A stretch of 58,604 nucleotides of DNA from the NCBI GenBank assembly GCA_003601605.1, contig PIXZ01000001.1:1-58604 (forward strand). Reading direction: 5' to 3'. The notes beneath the pieces were generated by a model. The model saw nothing but the letters and a program-made list of their open reading frames with translations, was not told the DNA's origin and made no database searches. Of this stretch, positions 35,183 through 44,260 are shown one piece after another (positions within the stretch are counted from its first letter, which is position 1; every line of letters begins with the position of its first letter). The DNA is from Candidatus Bathyarchaeota archaeon (lineage in GTDB: Archaea; Thermoproteota; Bathyarchaeia; Bathyarchaeales; Bathycorpusculaceae). The position numbers and the translations under genes were made by a program.

Positions 35183-35203
35183 ACACAGCCTTCCCTAAAA
35201 CTC

Positions 35204-35208
35204 TTTTT
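35204..35208 (+). terminator. Oligo-T tract downstream of the pilin gene
   Basis: CTCTTTTTG lies 22 nt after the pilin stop. Archaeal terminators are typically short T runs. An AT-rich promoter-like stretch follows before the peptidase gene. Confidence 0.3.
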
Positions 35209-35268
35209 GAAACAAGTCTACACTATTTTAAAATATTAAATAGCACCTAAAACACTTCAACATAGCCA

Positions 35269-36090
35269 ATGGTGTTCATATTGCAAACATGGATTACCCT
35301 GACAAGAACTATCGTAACTTTATCCTTTCTCGTTTACGCTTCTTGGAGTGACTATAGAACCCGCGAAGTCAGTAACACCCTCTGGATTTTCTTTGCACCC
35401 CCAGCATTCGCCTTAACTATTCTGGAACTCCTCTTCTACAACCCTTCAATGCTATATCTTTACGGCTTATGCTTCGCCTTAACCTCAACCTTCGCCATAA
35501 CACTCTTTTATCTAGGGGGTTTCGGCGGCGCCGACGCAAAAGCCCTAATGTGCCTAGCTCTTGCCCTACCCTTTTTCCCAGAAAAACTGTTAACGCCTTT
35601 ATCTGGAGAAATCTCAATAATTTCACAAAACTTTTTGCCTTTCACCGTTTTCAGCAACTCGGTCATAATAGCCGCAGCAACAGCTATCTACATATTTATA
35701 CGTAACATAGTTTGGCACAGAAAAAGCGGAACATCGCTATTTGGAGAAAGCCATAAGAAAGAGTCTTTCTGGAGAAAAATCCTTGTTTTGATAACTGGCT
35801 ACAAGGTTCCAATAGAAAAACTGAAAGAGAAATGGCATTATTATCCGCTAGAAGATGTGGAAGAAAAAAGCGAAAATGAGCTGCAACGGAAACTTATAGT
35901 AATGCCAAATGATGAAGAAAGAGAAGCCATAGTTGAAAGATTAGCCAAAGCAATAGAAAATGGCAAAATCCAAGACATGGTTTGGGCAAGTCCAGGACTT
36001 CCAATGCTAATTTTCATAACCGCAGGCTTAATAACAGCCTTGCTTTTCGGAGATTTCGTTTGGATGTTTGTAAGCTTTCTATTTAGATAA
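35269..36090 (+). CDS. Prepilin/preflagellin peptidase (A24 family, PibD/FlaK/EppA-like)
   Basis: Two catalytic Asp contexts, ASWSDYRTREVSN and LGGFGGADAKALMCL. It is polytopic, with a soluble insert of about 90 aa before the last TM. Confidence 0.85.
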   Translation: MVFILQTWITLTRTIVTLSFLVYASWSDYRTREVSNTLWIFFAPPAFALTILELLFYNPSMLYLYGLCFALTSTFAITLFYLGGFGGADAKALMCLALALPFFPEKLLTPLSGEISIISQNFLPFTVFSNSVIIAAATAIYIFIRNIVWHRKSGTSLFGESHKKESFWRKILVLITGYKVPIEKLKEKWHYYPLEDVEEKSENELQRKLIVMPNDEEREAIVERLAKAIENGKIQDMVWASPGLPMLIFITAGLITALLFGDFVWMFVSFLFR

Positions 36091-36777
36091 AAATAGAAGG
36101 TATTCCAAAGCGATTGACAGCAAAGCTGGAATAAAAGACAATGGAAGATAACTCCATGCCAAACTGCGTTCTGGACTAAGCATCATCACAGTGACAAGCA
36201 GCGGGATTATAAGCCAGAAAAGACTCACACCGAAACTTGCCTTTCTAAGGGGATAAATTTCCACAAACAATTTTCTCAGAACCCAAGATAACAAAATAAA
36301 ACCTAGAGCAAAAAATAGAAGGCCGATGAGAAGCGAAGATTGCCTTGTCAAAACACCTAAACCAATCAGTTCTTCAACGTCTCCAAAAGGCGCTAACCCA
36401 CCGATTATAAGGTACCCAGTGGAATTTACAAGCGTCCAAAAAGCCAACCAAAAAAGGACAATAGCCAAATGCCACTGAACCTTCTTTTTACAAAACAGAA
36501 ACGTTTGGGTCATAAATGATGCGAACAGGCATACGAGTATTCCGCCAACATAAATCCATGCCAACTGCGTTAAGCTAACGTCACCCGTAAAACTCCACGA
36601 TATACGAGAAAACTCGTAAGGCCACAACAAACTAATATGCACACCCGTTATTTTCCCTCCGAAAAGCAGCACAAAAAAGCCGTGTCCACAAACTTCATGT
36701 AAGAATTCTGAAACTATTTTAAAAATAAAACCCAACGTTACAAATGTTGTAAAGAATGTTGTTGGTTTATCTGGCAA
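36079..36777 (-). CDS. Polytopic membrane protein (hypothetical)
   Basis: 232 aa with about 7 hydrophobic helices. It has a convergent 12-nt overlap with the peptidase gene. The HEVCGH motif is not a canonical HExxH. Confidence 0.6.
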   Translation of the reverse strand: MPDKPTTFFTTFVTLGFIFKIVSEFLHEVCGHGFFVLLFGGKITGVHISLLWPYEFSRISWSFTGDVSLTQLAWIYVGGILVCLFASFMTQTFLFCKKKVQWHLAIVLFWLAFWTLVNSTGYLIIGGLAPFGDVEELIGLGVLTRQSSLLIGLLFFALGFILLSWVLRKLFVEIYPLRKASFGVSLFWLIIPLLVTVMMLSPERSLAWSYLPLSFIPALLSIALEYLLFLSK

Positions 36778-36796
36778 TTACGTTCAGTCCTTTTTG

Positions 36797-37000
36797 TTAT
36801 TTTCGTTTTGAATAAAGAATTGCAGCAATTACCATAAAAACTGATGCAATGCCAACTAGCAGCAAGGCAAAATCTCTATAAGGATAATTTACAATGGGCA
36901 GCATGTTTTGACTTGAAGCTTCATAAGAATAGCAAAATGTGCTGACAATGTATAGGATGATCGCGGATATTAGCAGAGAAAGTTCAATTTTAAACTTCAA
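36797..37000 (-). CDS. Small two-TM membrane protein (hypothetical)
   Basis: 67 aa with two hydrophobic segments. It lies directly downstream of the previous membrane-protein gene on the minus strand. Confidence 0.4.
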   Translation of the reverse strand: MKFKIELSLLISAIILYIVSTFCYSYEASSQNMLPIVNYPYRDFALLLVGIASVFMVIAAILYSKRK

Positions 37001-37080
37001 ACTTCATCCCTTAAGCGCATGCTTCGGCTTTTGAAAGTCTACGGTACTAGTCCGGACTTACTCAAATACTTTATGAAAAA

Positions 37081-38214
37081 ATGTTATCTACATATAGATT
37101 CACTTTGCTTATGGTGAAACATGACTTGCCCTCTAACAGACTTATTAAAGAAACTCTTGAGCTTCTGAAGGGTAGAGCTAAAGAATTTAACGTAGTAGTC
37201 ATGCCAGACTTTTTCCTCGACCGCCTAGTAAACCTGCCCTTCTCTTTGAAAGAATTTGCTGAAAACCTTGAAAATGCCGCGAAAAGGAAAGGAGGAAGCA
37301 TAGACGGTGTAAGACAAACTGAGATTAGAGGGGGAAACGCCATAAACACGGCTTCCGCCCTTGCACTGTTAGGCGTAAAGGTCACTCCCATAGTTTGCAC
37401 AAGCACACTTGGATTACAGCTTATAAAATTCTACCTCACCTCAAAAAAGGTGGATTTTTCGCATATCAAAATCTTGGATAAAACGTCTATGACAACATCC
37501 TTGGAAATTAAAACAGAAAATGGAATAGTCAACATTATGTTAAGAGATGTAGGCTCGTTAGAAGATTTTGGACCGCAAGATTTAGACCGCAAAGATTTTG
37601 AAGCTATAGAGAATGCTGATTACGTGTGCGTTTTTAATTGGGCGGGAACTAGGTATTTTGGAACAGAGCTGGCTAAAACCGTTTTTCATCGTGCAAAAGC
37701 GAAAGGTAAAGGTAAAACCTATTATGACACGGCAGACCCGACGCCAAATAAAGAGAAAATTCCGCAGTTGGTTAAAGAAGTTCTGATGAGTGGACATGTT
37801 GACGTTCTTAGTTTAAACGAAAACGAGGCAATATGTTATGCTTCTTACATAAGTTCTGAAATAGGAAAAATGCGGAAAAAATTGCGGTTTGAAGAGTTGG
37901 CAAAGGAATCAGCGAGAATTTTGGCTTCACATATTTCTGCAAGAGTTGATTTGCACACCACAAAATTTTCTGCAACATTCACGAAAAAATATGAAGAGAC
38001 TGCGCCAGCTTTTAAAGTTCCAGTTTTGCGGGCTACAGGTGCTGGAGACTCTTGGAACGCTGGAAACATACTAGGCGACGCTTATGAACTTCCCGACAGT
38101 TGCAGGCTAACTTTGGCTAATGCCATAGCTGCCTATTACATTTCAAACAATAAAGGAAAACATCCAACACTAAAAGAGCTTACAAGATTTTTAGAAAAGT
38201 TTTGCTCCGCTTAA
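37081..38214 (+). CDS. PfkB/ribokinase-family carbohydrate kinase
   Basis: The C-terminal ATGAGDSWNAGNILG signature and an N-terminal GGNAINTASALALLG motif. The start may lie further downstream. Confidence 0.75.
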   Translation: MLSTYRFTLLMVKHDLPSNRLIKETLELLKGRAKEFNVVVMPDFFLDRLVNLPFSLKEFAENLENAAKRKGGSIDGVRQTEIRGGNAINTASALALLGVKVTPIVCTSTLGLQLIKFYLTSKKVDFSHIKILDKTSMTTSLEIKTENGIVNIMLRDVGSLEDFGPQDLDRKDFEAIENADYVCVFNWAGTRYFGTELAKTVFHRAKAKGKGKTYYDTADPTPNKEKIPQLVKEVLMSGHVDVLSLNENEAICYASYISSEIGKMRKKLRFEELAKESARILASHISARVDLHTTKFSATFTKKYEETAPAFKVPVLRATGAGDSWNAGNILGDAYELPDSCRLTLANAIAAYYISNNKGKHPTLKELTRFLEKFCSA

Positions 38215-38266
38215 ATTATTTAAATGGATTCTTTATTTAACCATACCAGAGAAGAGTGAATATTGT

Positions 38267-39634
38267 TTGAGTCCAAAACTGTTTGGCAGTTCTGGAATAC
38301 GCGGCCTAGTTAATCTAGATTTAACAACGGATTTAGCGGTTAAAATAGGCATGACTATCGCAACTTTTTCTAAAAACAGAAAGGTTCTTGTGGCAAGAGA
38401 CACCAGAGTTTCGGGTTTAATGCTTGAAAACGCGTTGGTTTCTGGACTTTTGGCTGGTGGAGCGGATGTTAAAGTTTTAGGGATTTTGCCTACCCCCGTT
38501 TTGGCTTACTTGACAAGATGTTTAGAGGCTGACGCGGGTGTTATGATTACAGCTTCTCACAATCCACCTCAATATAACGGAATCAAAATTTTCGACGAAA
38601 ACGGCATAGCCTACAATGATGAAAAACAAGATGAAATTGAAGAAATTATTAGAAAAGAAAAATTCCGATTAGCTGATTGGCAAAAAATCGGTGAAGCCGA
38701 ATTTTGCGATAAAAGCGGGTTTTACACGGAAATGATATGGGAAAAAGTGAAACTGCAGAAAAAATGGTCTTTAATAGTAGACCCTGGATGTGGAGCCACT
38801 TACAACCTTGCGCCAAAGATTTTCAAAGGTTTAGGGTGCCGAGTAATAGCTGCAAATGCCCATCCAGACGGATTCTTTCCAGCTCGAAGCCCAGAGCCAA
38901 ATGCTGAAACATTGAAGCCTTTGGCAAAACTTGTTAAACGGTTAGGCGTGGACGTTGGAGTTGCCTATGACGGGGATGGAGACAGAGTAGCCTTTATTGA
39001 CGAGTGTGGAGAATTTGTGGATTTTGACCGTGTTTTGGCAGCCTATGCTGCTTATGCCATAAAGAAAGGAAAGGGCAAAACTATTATCACGAATGTTGAG
39101 GCTTCCATGTGCGTTGAAAAAATGGTGGAAAAGCTTGGAGGAAAAGTTGTTAGGACGAGAGTTGGCGACGTTTATGTTGCTGAAGAAATAAAACGGCGAA
39201 AAGCTGTTTTTGGGGGAGAACCTTGTGGAGCCTGGATACATCCTCAATATCATTACTGTCCGGACGGAATACTTTCATCCATTTTACTTTTGAAAGCATT
39301 AGAAAACGAGAACAAGAAACTATCAGAATTTGTTGCAGAAACACCACGTTATACGACTCTGAGAGAAAACATACCTTGCAAAAACGAACTTAAACACAGG
39401 GTTGTTGAAAAAGCAGCGGAGGAATTAAAGGCTGCGTTTTCTTCTGTTAAAGATTTTTTGGATGTCGATGGCTTACGTCTAACTCTAGAAGAAGGGTGGA
39501 TTTTGATTAGGGCTTCTGGCACAGAGCCTCTTGTGAGGCTTACGGTTGAAGGTGAATCGTTAAAAGCTGCAAAGAAGATAATGGAGAAGGGAATAGCTGT
39601 TATAAGAACTGCTGTTGAGAGGATGAGTAAGTGA
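38267..39634 (+). CDS. glmM: Phosphoglucosamine mutase / phosphohexomutase
   Basis: Active-site TASHNPPQYNGIK and metal loop YDGDGDRV, 455 aa. Confidence 0.85.
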   Translation: MSPKLFGSSGIRGLVNLDLTTDLAVKIGMTIATFSKNRKVLVARDTRVSGLMLENALVSGLLAGGADVKVLGILPTPVLAYLTRCLEADAGVMITASHNPPQYNGIKIFDENGIAYNDEKQDEIEEIIRKEKFRLADWQKIGEAEFCDKSGFYTEMIWEKVKLQKKWSLIVDPGCGATYNLAPKIFKGLGCRVIAANAHPDGFFPARSPEPNAETLKPLAKLVKRLGVDVGVAYDGDGDRVAFIDECGEFVDFDRVLAAYAAYAIKKGKGKTIITNVEASMCVEKMVEKLGGKVVRTRVGDVYVAEEIKRRKAVFGGEPCGAWIHPQYHYCPDGILSSILLLKALENENKKLSEFVAETPRYTTLRENIPCKNELKHRVVEKAAEELKAAFSSVKDFLDVDGLRLTLEEGWILIRASGTEPLVRLTVEGESLKAAKKIMEKGIAVIRTAVERMSK

Positions 39635-40905
39635 AGGCTGTAGTATTAGCCGCTGGAGAAGGTACTAGACTTAAGCCAATTACGCTAACTAGACCTAAAC
39701 ACCTGATAAGAGTTGGCGGAAAACTATTACTGGAACACTGTTTAAACGCTTTAAAAGCTGTGGGAATAGAAGAAACTTTAATCGTTATTCATTATATGGG
39801 AGATGCCATTCGCACATATTTCGGAGATGGAAAAAATTTTGGATTAAGAATTAGTTATGTAGAGCAAAAGGAAGTGCTTGGAACAGGCAACGCCGTAAGC
39901 ATCGCAGAACCGTACGTTAAAGAAGACTTCGTCCTAGTTTATGGAGACCTGCTTTTTTCTGTAGATGCCTTAAAAAAAGTTGTTGCCATCCACGAGAGAG
40001 AGAAACCAGCAGCCACAATGGCAGTTGTTCCTGTGGAAAAGCCAGAAAATTACGGTATAGTGGAGCTTGAAAACTCACGTGTGAAAAACATAATTGAAAA
40101 GCCAAGTCGAGATAAGGCGCCAACAAATTTGGCTAATGCTGGTATATACGTTTTCTCCACGGAAATCTTCGAAAAGATAAAAAAGACCAAAGCTTCTGTT
40201 AGGGGAGAGTGGGAAATAACAGATGCCATTTCGCTTCTGTTGAAAGAAAAAACGGTTCTAGGCGTAGAAATCTCCAAGGATGAATGGTTAGACATCGGAA
40301 GACCTTGGGATTTGCTAAAGGCAAACCGTTGGATACTCCAAAGAACAAAGCATAAAGTCCTTGGCACGATAGAAAACGGCGCCCATTTAATTGGCCCGGT
40401 AAGCGTTGCTGAAACAGCTCGCATACGTTCTGGAGCCTACATCGAAGGACCAGCGTTTATAGATGAAGAGAGCGATATAGGTCCCAACTGTTACATTCGC
40501 CCATGCACAAGTATAGGCAAAAAAGTTCGAATAGGCAATGCTTGCGAGATAAAAAACAGCATAATCATGGACAACACGCATATTGGACATCTATCCTATG
40601 TAGGCGACAGCATAATCGGCGAAAACTGCAATTTAGGGGCTGGAACTATAACGGCCAATTATCGTTTAGATGCTAAGACGATAAAAATGAAGATAAAAGA
40701 TAAGGTTGTAGACAGTGAAAGAACAAAGCTTGGAGCAGTTTTAGGTGACAATGTTAAGGCTGGGATAAACACGCTTTTTATGCCAGGCGTTAAAGTTGGA
40801 TGTAACAGTTGGATTGGACCAAATGTTGTTGTTTACCGCGATTTGCCGTCCAACACAATTACATTGCTGAAGCAGAGTTTGGAACAAAGAGAATTGAAAC
40901 CCTAA
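39631..40905 (+). CDS. Bifunctional sugar-1-phosphate nucleotidylyltransferase/acetyltransferase (archaeal GlmU-like)
   Basis: MKAVVLAAGEGTRLKPIT N-terminus plus a C-terminal left-handed beta-helix of hexapeptide repeats. 4-nt overlap with glmM. Confidence 0.8.
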   Translation: MKAVVLAAGEGTRLKPITLTRPKHLIRVGGKLLLEHCLNALKAVGIEETLIVIHYMGDAIRTYFGDGKNFGLRISYVEQKEVLGTGNAVSIAEPYVKEDFVLVYGDLLFSVDALKKVVAIHEREKPAATMAVVPVEKPENYGIVELENSRVKNIIEKPSRDKAPTNLANAGIYVFSTEIFEKIKKTKASVRGEWEITDAISLLLKEKTVLGVEISKDEWLDIGRPWDLLKANRWILQRTKHKVLGTIENGAHLIGPVSVAETARIRSGAYIEGPAFIDEESDIGPNCYIRPCTSIGKKVRIGNACEIKNSIIMDNTHIGHLSYVGDSIIGENCNLGAGTITANYRLDAKTIKMKIKDKVVDSERTKLGAVLGDNVKAGINTLFMPGVKVGCNSWIGPNVVVYRDLPSNTITLLKQSLEQRELKP

Positions 40906-40965
40906 GTTAAAATCCTAAATAGGTGTTTTGCACTTCTGTTAAGGCGGTAATGGAGGTTTAAACTA

Positions 40966-41391
40966 TTGTCTATAGCACAAAGGAAATTCTTTACCGAAAT
41001 AACGGCGATGGTGGATAAGGATGTGATTGTTTCCACCACAACTGGAAAGACTTATAGTGGAACATTGGTAGGCGTTAACCCTGACACGCTAAGCTTGGTT
41101 CTTGCAGAAGCAAAGGATGAGAAAGGGAAAACCTTGCACAGAGTTTTTCTAAACGGAAACGTTGTAGCCCACATTTTAAGCGTGGAAAAACCTTTTGATC
41201 TAAGGGCTTTGGCAAACCGCCTTGAAAAAGTTTTCCCAACCATGGTTAAACTTTACGAAGATAAGGGCTTCATATGGGTGATGGACAAGGTTAAAGTTAC
41301 AGAAAAAGGTGTTGTGGAAGGTTCAGGACCAGCAGCAGAGCGTGTTCAAAAAGTTTATGAGCAGTTCATAAGCGAAGTCAAAGGAAAATGA
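40966..41391 (+). CDS. Sm-like (LSm) domain protein with C-terminal extension (SmAP3-like)
   Basis: The Sm fold pattern VIVSTTTGKTYSGTLVGVNPDTLSLVLAEA...VFLNGNVVAHI is followed by an extra domain of about 65 aa. Confidence 0.55.
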   Translation: MSIAQRKFFTEITAMVDKDVIVSTTTGKTYSGTLVGVNPDTLSLVLAEAKDEKGKTLHRVFLNGNVVAHILSVEKPFDLRALANRLEKVFPTMVKLYEDKGFIWVMDKVKVTEKGVVEGSGPAAERVQKVYEQFISEVKGK

Positions 41392-41456
41392 AAGCAAACA
41401 CATTTTATTTCTTCTTTTTCTAAAATTTCAACAGCACAACACGCAAGGGAATATTA

Positions 41457-43442
41457 TTGAGCATAAAACATGAAAAGAAAATTCAAAAACTGGTAAAAGA
41501 AATTTTTCCATACTCAAGTTTTCGCCCTTTCCAACTTGACGCAATAAAATTCGCTTTCAACATTTTTAGAAACAGGAAAATAGGTTTACTTTCTTCGCCA
41601 TGTGGAACTGGAAAATCGGTTTCTATACTTACAGCCTATTTTGCAGCAAAAGAATTAGATGATGCTGTAGGAAGACTTCTCGTATTAACAAGAACGAGAA
41701 ACCAGCTTGAAATTTATTGCAGAGAACTGAAAAACATCAAAGAGCACAGTCACGTTAAACTTGTAGCTTCAGTATTCAAAAGCAAAAAGGAAATGTGTCC
41801 ATATGCCACGGAAGAACCAAAACTTAGAGAAGTAAGCTATCGCGATTTTCTCTACTACTGTAAAGGTTTGAAACAAGGCATGTTTGGAAAAACGTGCAAA
41901 TATTATGAAAAAACTTATAGTGGACGCAAGCCAAGCTGGCACACTTACACAACAATTAACAAGATTAAAGATATTGGACCATTAATGCCAAGTGAAGTTT
42001 ATGAAAAATGCCGAAAAAGCGAAATATGCCCGTACGAAGCAACAAAAATTCTTGCCAGACACGCCGACATAATAATAGGCAATTACAACTACATTCTTGT
42101 AAGCGCTATAAGAGGGTCTATTTTAGGAAGAGCTGGAATAAAAACCGAAGAGTTAAACTGTGTTTTTGATGAAGCTCATAGCTTACCTTATTATGCTGCG
42201 GGCATACTATCCGATGAGCTTTCTTCAACTTCTGTTAGAAGAGCCTTAAGAGAAGTGGAAAGATTTGGTTTAGATGATTTTGGCGTTTTAGAGGTATTTT
42301 ATAATGTTATGGTTAGGCTTGGAAGAAACATTTATAAGAAGTATGGTTCAGAAGCGGAGCACCTCATTCAAAAAGATGTTTTGGTAAATAAACTTTCAAA
42401 AAAGCTTCAAACGAAAGCAGATAAGTTGCAGCATGTTTTTTCGGAGCTTTCAGACTTGGGAGAAAACATTCGACAGAAAAGAGTTGAAGAAGGCAAAAGC
42501 CCCATCTCATACCTCTCTAGATGTGCAAACTTCCTTTTAGACTGGCTTAGCGTAGAAAATTCAAGCTATGTGCATTACATAAGAGTTGAAACGGACAGGT
42601 TTGGAAGAAAAAGCGTAAGGTTGGGGATAAGATGTTTAGACCCGGCTTTAGCCACTAAGATTGTTAATGATTTGCGCTCTGTAATATTGATGTCTGGAAC
42701 CCTTTGGCATACAAGCTATTATATGGATGTTTTGGGGATGGAAAAGAAACGTTGCGAAAGCCTTGAACTTCCAAATCCGTTTCCGCCGGAAAACAGGATT
42801 ATTTTAGTAGACAGAGCGGTTACAACAAAGTTTGAGAAAAGAAATGAAGAGCAATGGCGAAAAATAGCTGAACGTCTCTCAAAAATAATCCAACAAATCA
42901 GCGGCAGAGTCGCGGTTTACTTCCCCTCTTATGAAGTAATGCACAAAGTTTTAGAAATTGCAAAGTTCAACTTTCCTTTGCTTGTTGAAGAAAGGCGTAC
43001 AAAAATTTCAGACGTGCTGAAATTCTTTAAAACAAACGAGAACTGCGTTGTTTGCGGTGTTGCACGAGGAAAAATAAGCGAGGGGGTTGATATGACGGAT
43101 GAGGGGAAAAGCCTTCTTTCCAGCGTTATAATAGTTGGTTTGCCTTATCCGCGGAAAACCGAGCTTCAAGAAGCCCTCTACAAGTATTTTAAAGATAAGT
43201 TTGGAGAGAAAGCCCGCGAATATTCTAATGGAATACCTTGCTTAAACGCGTTAGCACAGTCTGCTGGCAGGTTGATACGCAGCGAAGAAGATAGGGGAAT
43301 AATAGTTGTTATGGATGCACGAGCAGCAGGTAGATTTAAATGGAAGTTTCCTGCGGATTGGCGGAATTGTATGGAAGTTTACATGAATGTGGACAAAATT
43401 ATTGGAAGGATTGCAGATTTCACGGATAGAAGATGGGATTAA
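41457..43442 (+). CDS. xpd: XPD/Rad3-family 5'-3' DNA helicase with FeS domain
   Basis: Walker A SPCGTGKS, DEAH box (FDEAHSL), four Cys of the 4Fe-4S domain (CPY...C...C...CPYE), and C-terminal QSAGRLIR. Confidence 0.85.
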   Translation: MSIKHEKKIQKLVKEIFPYSSFRPFQLDAIKFAFNIFRNRKIGLLSSPCGTGKSVSILTAYFAAKELDDAVGRLLVLTRTRNQLEIYCRELKNIKEHSHVKLVASVFKSKKEMCPYATEEPKLREVSYRDFLYYCKGLKQGMFGKTCKYYEKTYSGRKPSWHTYTTINKIKDIGPLMPSEVYEKCRKSEICPYEATKILARHADIIIGNYNYILVSAIRGSILGRAGIKTEELNCVFDEAHSLPYYAAGILSDELSSTSVRRALREVERFGLDDFGVLEVFYNVMVRLGRNIYKKYGSEAEHLIQKDVLVNKLSKKLQTKADKLQHVFSELSDLGENIRQKRVEEGKSPISYLSRCANFLLDWLSVENSSYVHYIRVETDRFGRKSVRLGIRCLDPALATKIVNDLRSVILMSGTLWHTSYYMDVLGMEKKRCESLELPNPFPPENRIILVDRAVTTKFEKRNEEQWRKIAERLSKIIQQISGRVAVYFPSYEVMHKVLEIAKFNFPLLVEERRTKISDVLKFFKTNENCVVCGVARGKISEGVDMTDEGKSLLSSVIIVGLPYPRKTELQEALYKYFKDKFGEKAREYSNGIPCLNALAQSAGRLIRSEEDRGIIVVMDARAAGRFKWKFPADWRNCMEVYMNVDKIIGRIADFTDRRWD

Positions 43443-44188
43443 ACAAACCAGCGAAACGGCTGCTCTTCCTTCTTTTCTTCCACAACGCTTGAAACCAAAC
43501 CAAAGGACTCCAGCAGCTTTTTTGTTCTTTCAGCAGCCAAATCCAACCTTGACAAGTCAATATTTAAGTTCAAAAACTTGTTTAAGGCTGAAAAAACGTG
43601 CCGTGCAGCATTTGCGTCGGGATACATACCTAAAGTTTCCACCAACAAAGAAAATCCTTTAAAACCTCTAAGCCTTCCCACGCCCAACAGGATGCCTGCA
43701 ACACCGAAAATTTGTCCCACCATAACTTTGGCGCCTAACTTTAAGGCTTCATTTAAGGTTTCATGGTCTGTGGCTGCACAGTAAATTTGTGGAGTTTCCT
43801 TTGCTTCATCAATTTTGAAACCGCCTAAGGTTACGATAAAACGGCAACCCAGCTCTTCAGCAATGTTTAAAACTTGACCGCAAAGCTCGTATTGCCCGAA
43901 GGTTGTTAACGCCTGCGTATTGCCATACCAGACGATTAGGTCGCGGCCGCCATCATCTCTCTTGCAATAGTAAAGTTCGTTTATGGGAGAACGTGTACCG
44001 CCTGTTTCGGTGGTTACGGCTAAGTCTTGGAAAGATGCAGAAACGATTTCTGCGAAAAGCTTACCTTTTAACTCTTGAATTAGATGTAAGGCTGCAATGT
44101 TGGCAACAAATCCTATTCCTGGCAGTCCCTCAATTAAAACGGGATTGTTAAGTTTCGGTTTTTCGTGGATGTTAACTTTGCAAACCAT
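43439..44188 (-). CDS. PAC2-family proteasome assembly chaperone
   Basis: NPVLIEGLPGIGFVANIAALHLI N-terminus, about 250 aa. Confidence 0.7.
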   Translation of the reverse strand: MVCKVNIHEKPKLNNPVLIEGLPGIGFVANIAALHLIQELKGKLFAEIVSASFQDLAVTTETGGTRSPINELYYCKRDDGGRDLIVWYGNTQALTTFGQYELCGQVLNIAEELGCRFIVTLGGFKIDEAKETPQIYCAATDHETLNEALKLGAKVMVGQIFGVAGILLGVGRLRGFKGFSLLVETLGMYPDANAARHVFSALNKFLNLNIDLSRLDLAAERTKKLLESFGLVSSVVEEKKEEQPFRWFV

Positions 44189-44260
44189 TAAAGACCCTTC
44201 ACGGCTTTGATTAGCTTATGAGAACACTAATAATTATGTTTAGCTGATTCTCTTTAGGCT

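Noticed and set aside
36079-36777. Possible membrane metalloprotease because of HEVCGH
   Set aside because: The spacing is HExxxH, not the zincin HExxH, and no second metal-ligand motif was recognised. It is left as a hypothetical membrane protein.
43387-43662. 91-aa plus-strand ORF downstream of xpd
   Set aside because: It overlaps the 3' part of the PAC2 chaperone gene on the opposite strand and has no motif or start context.
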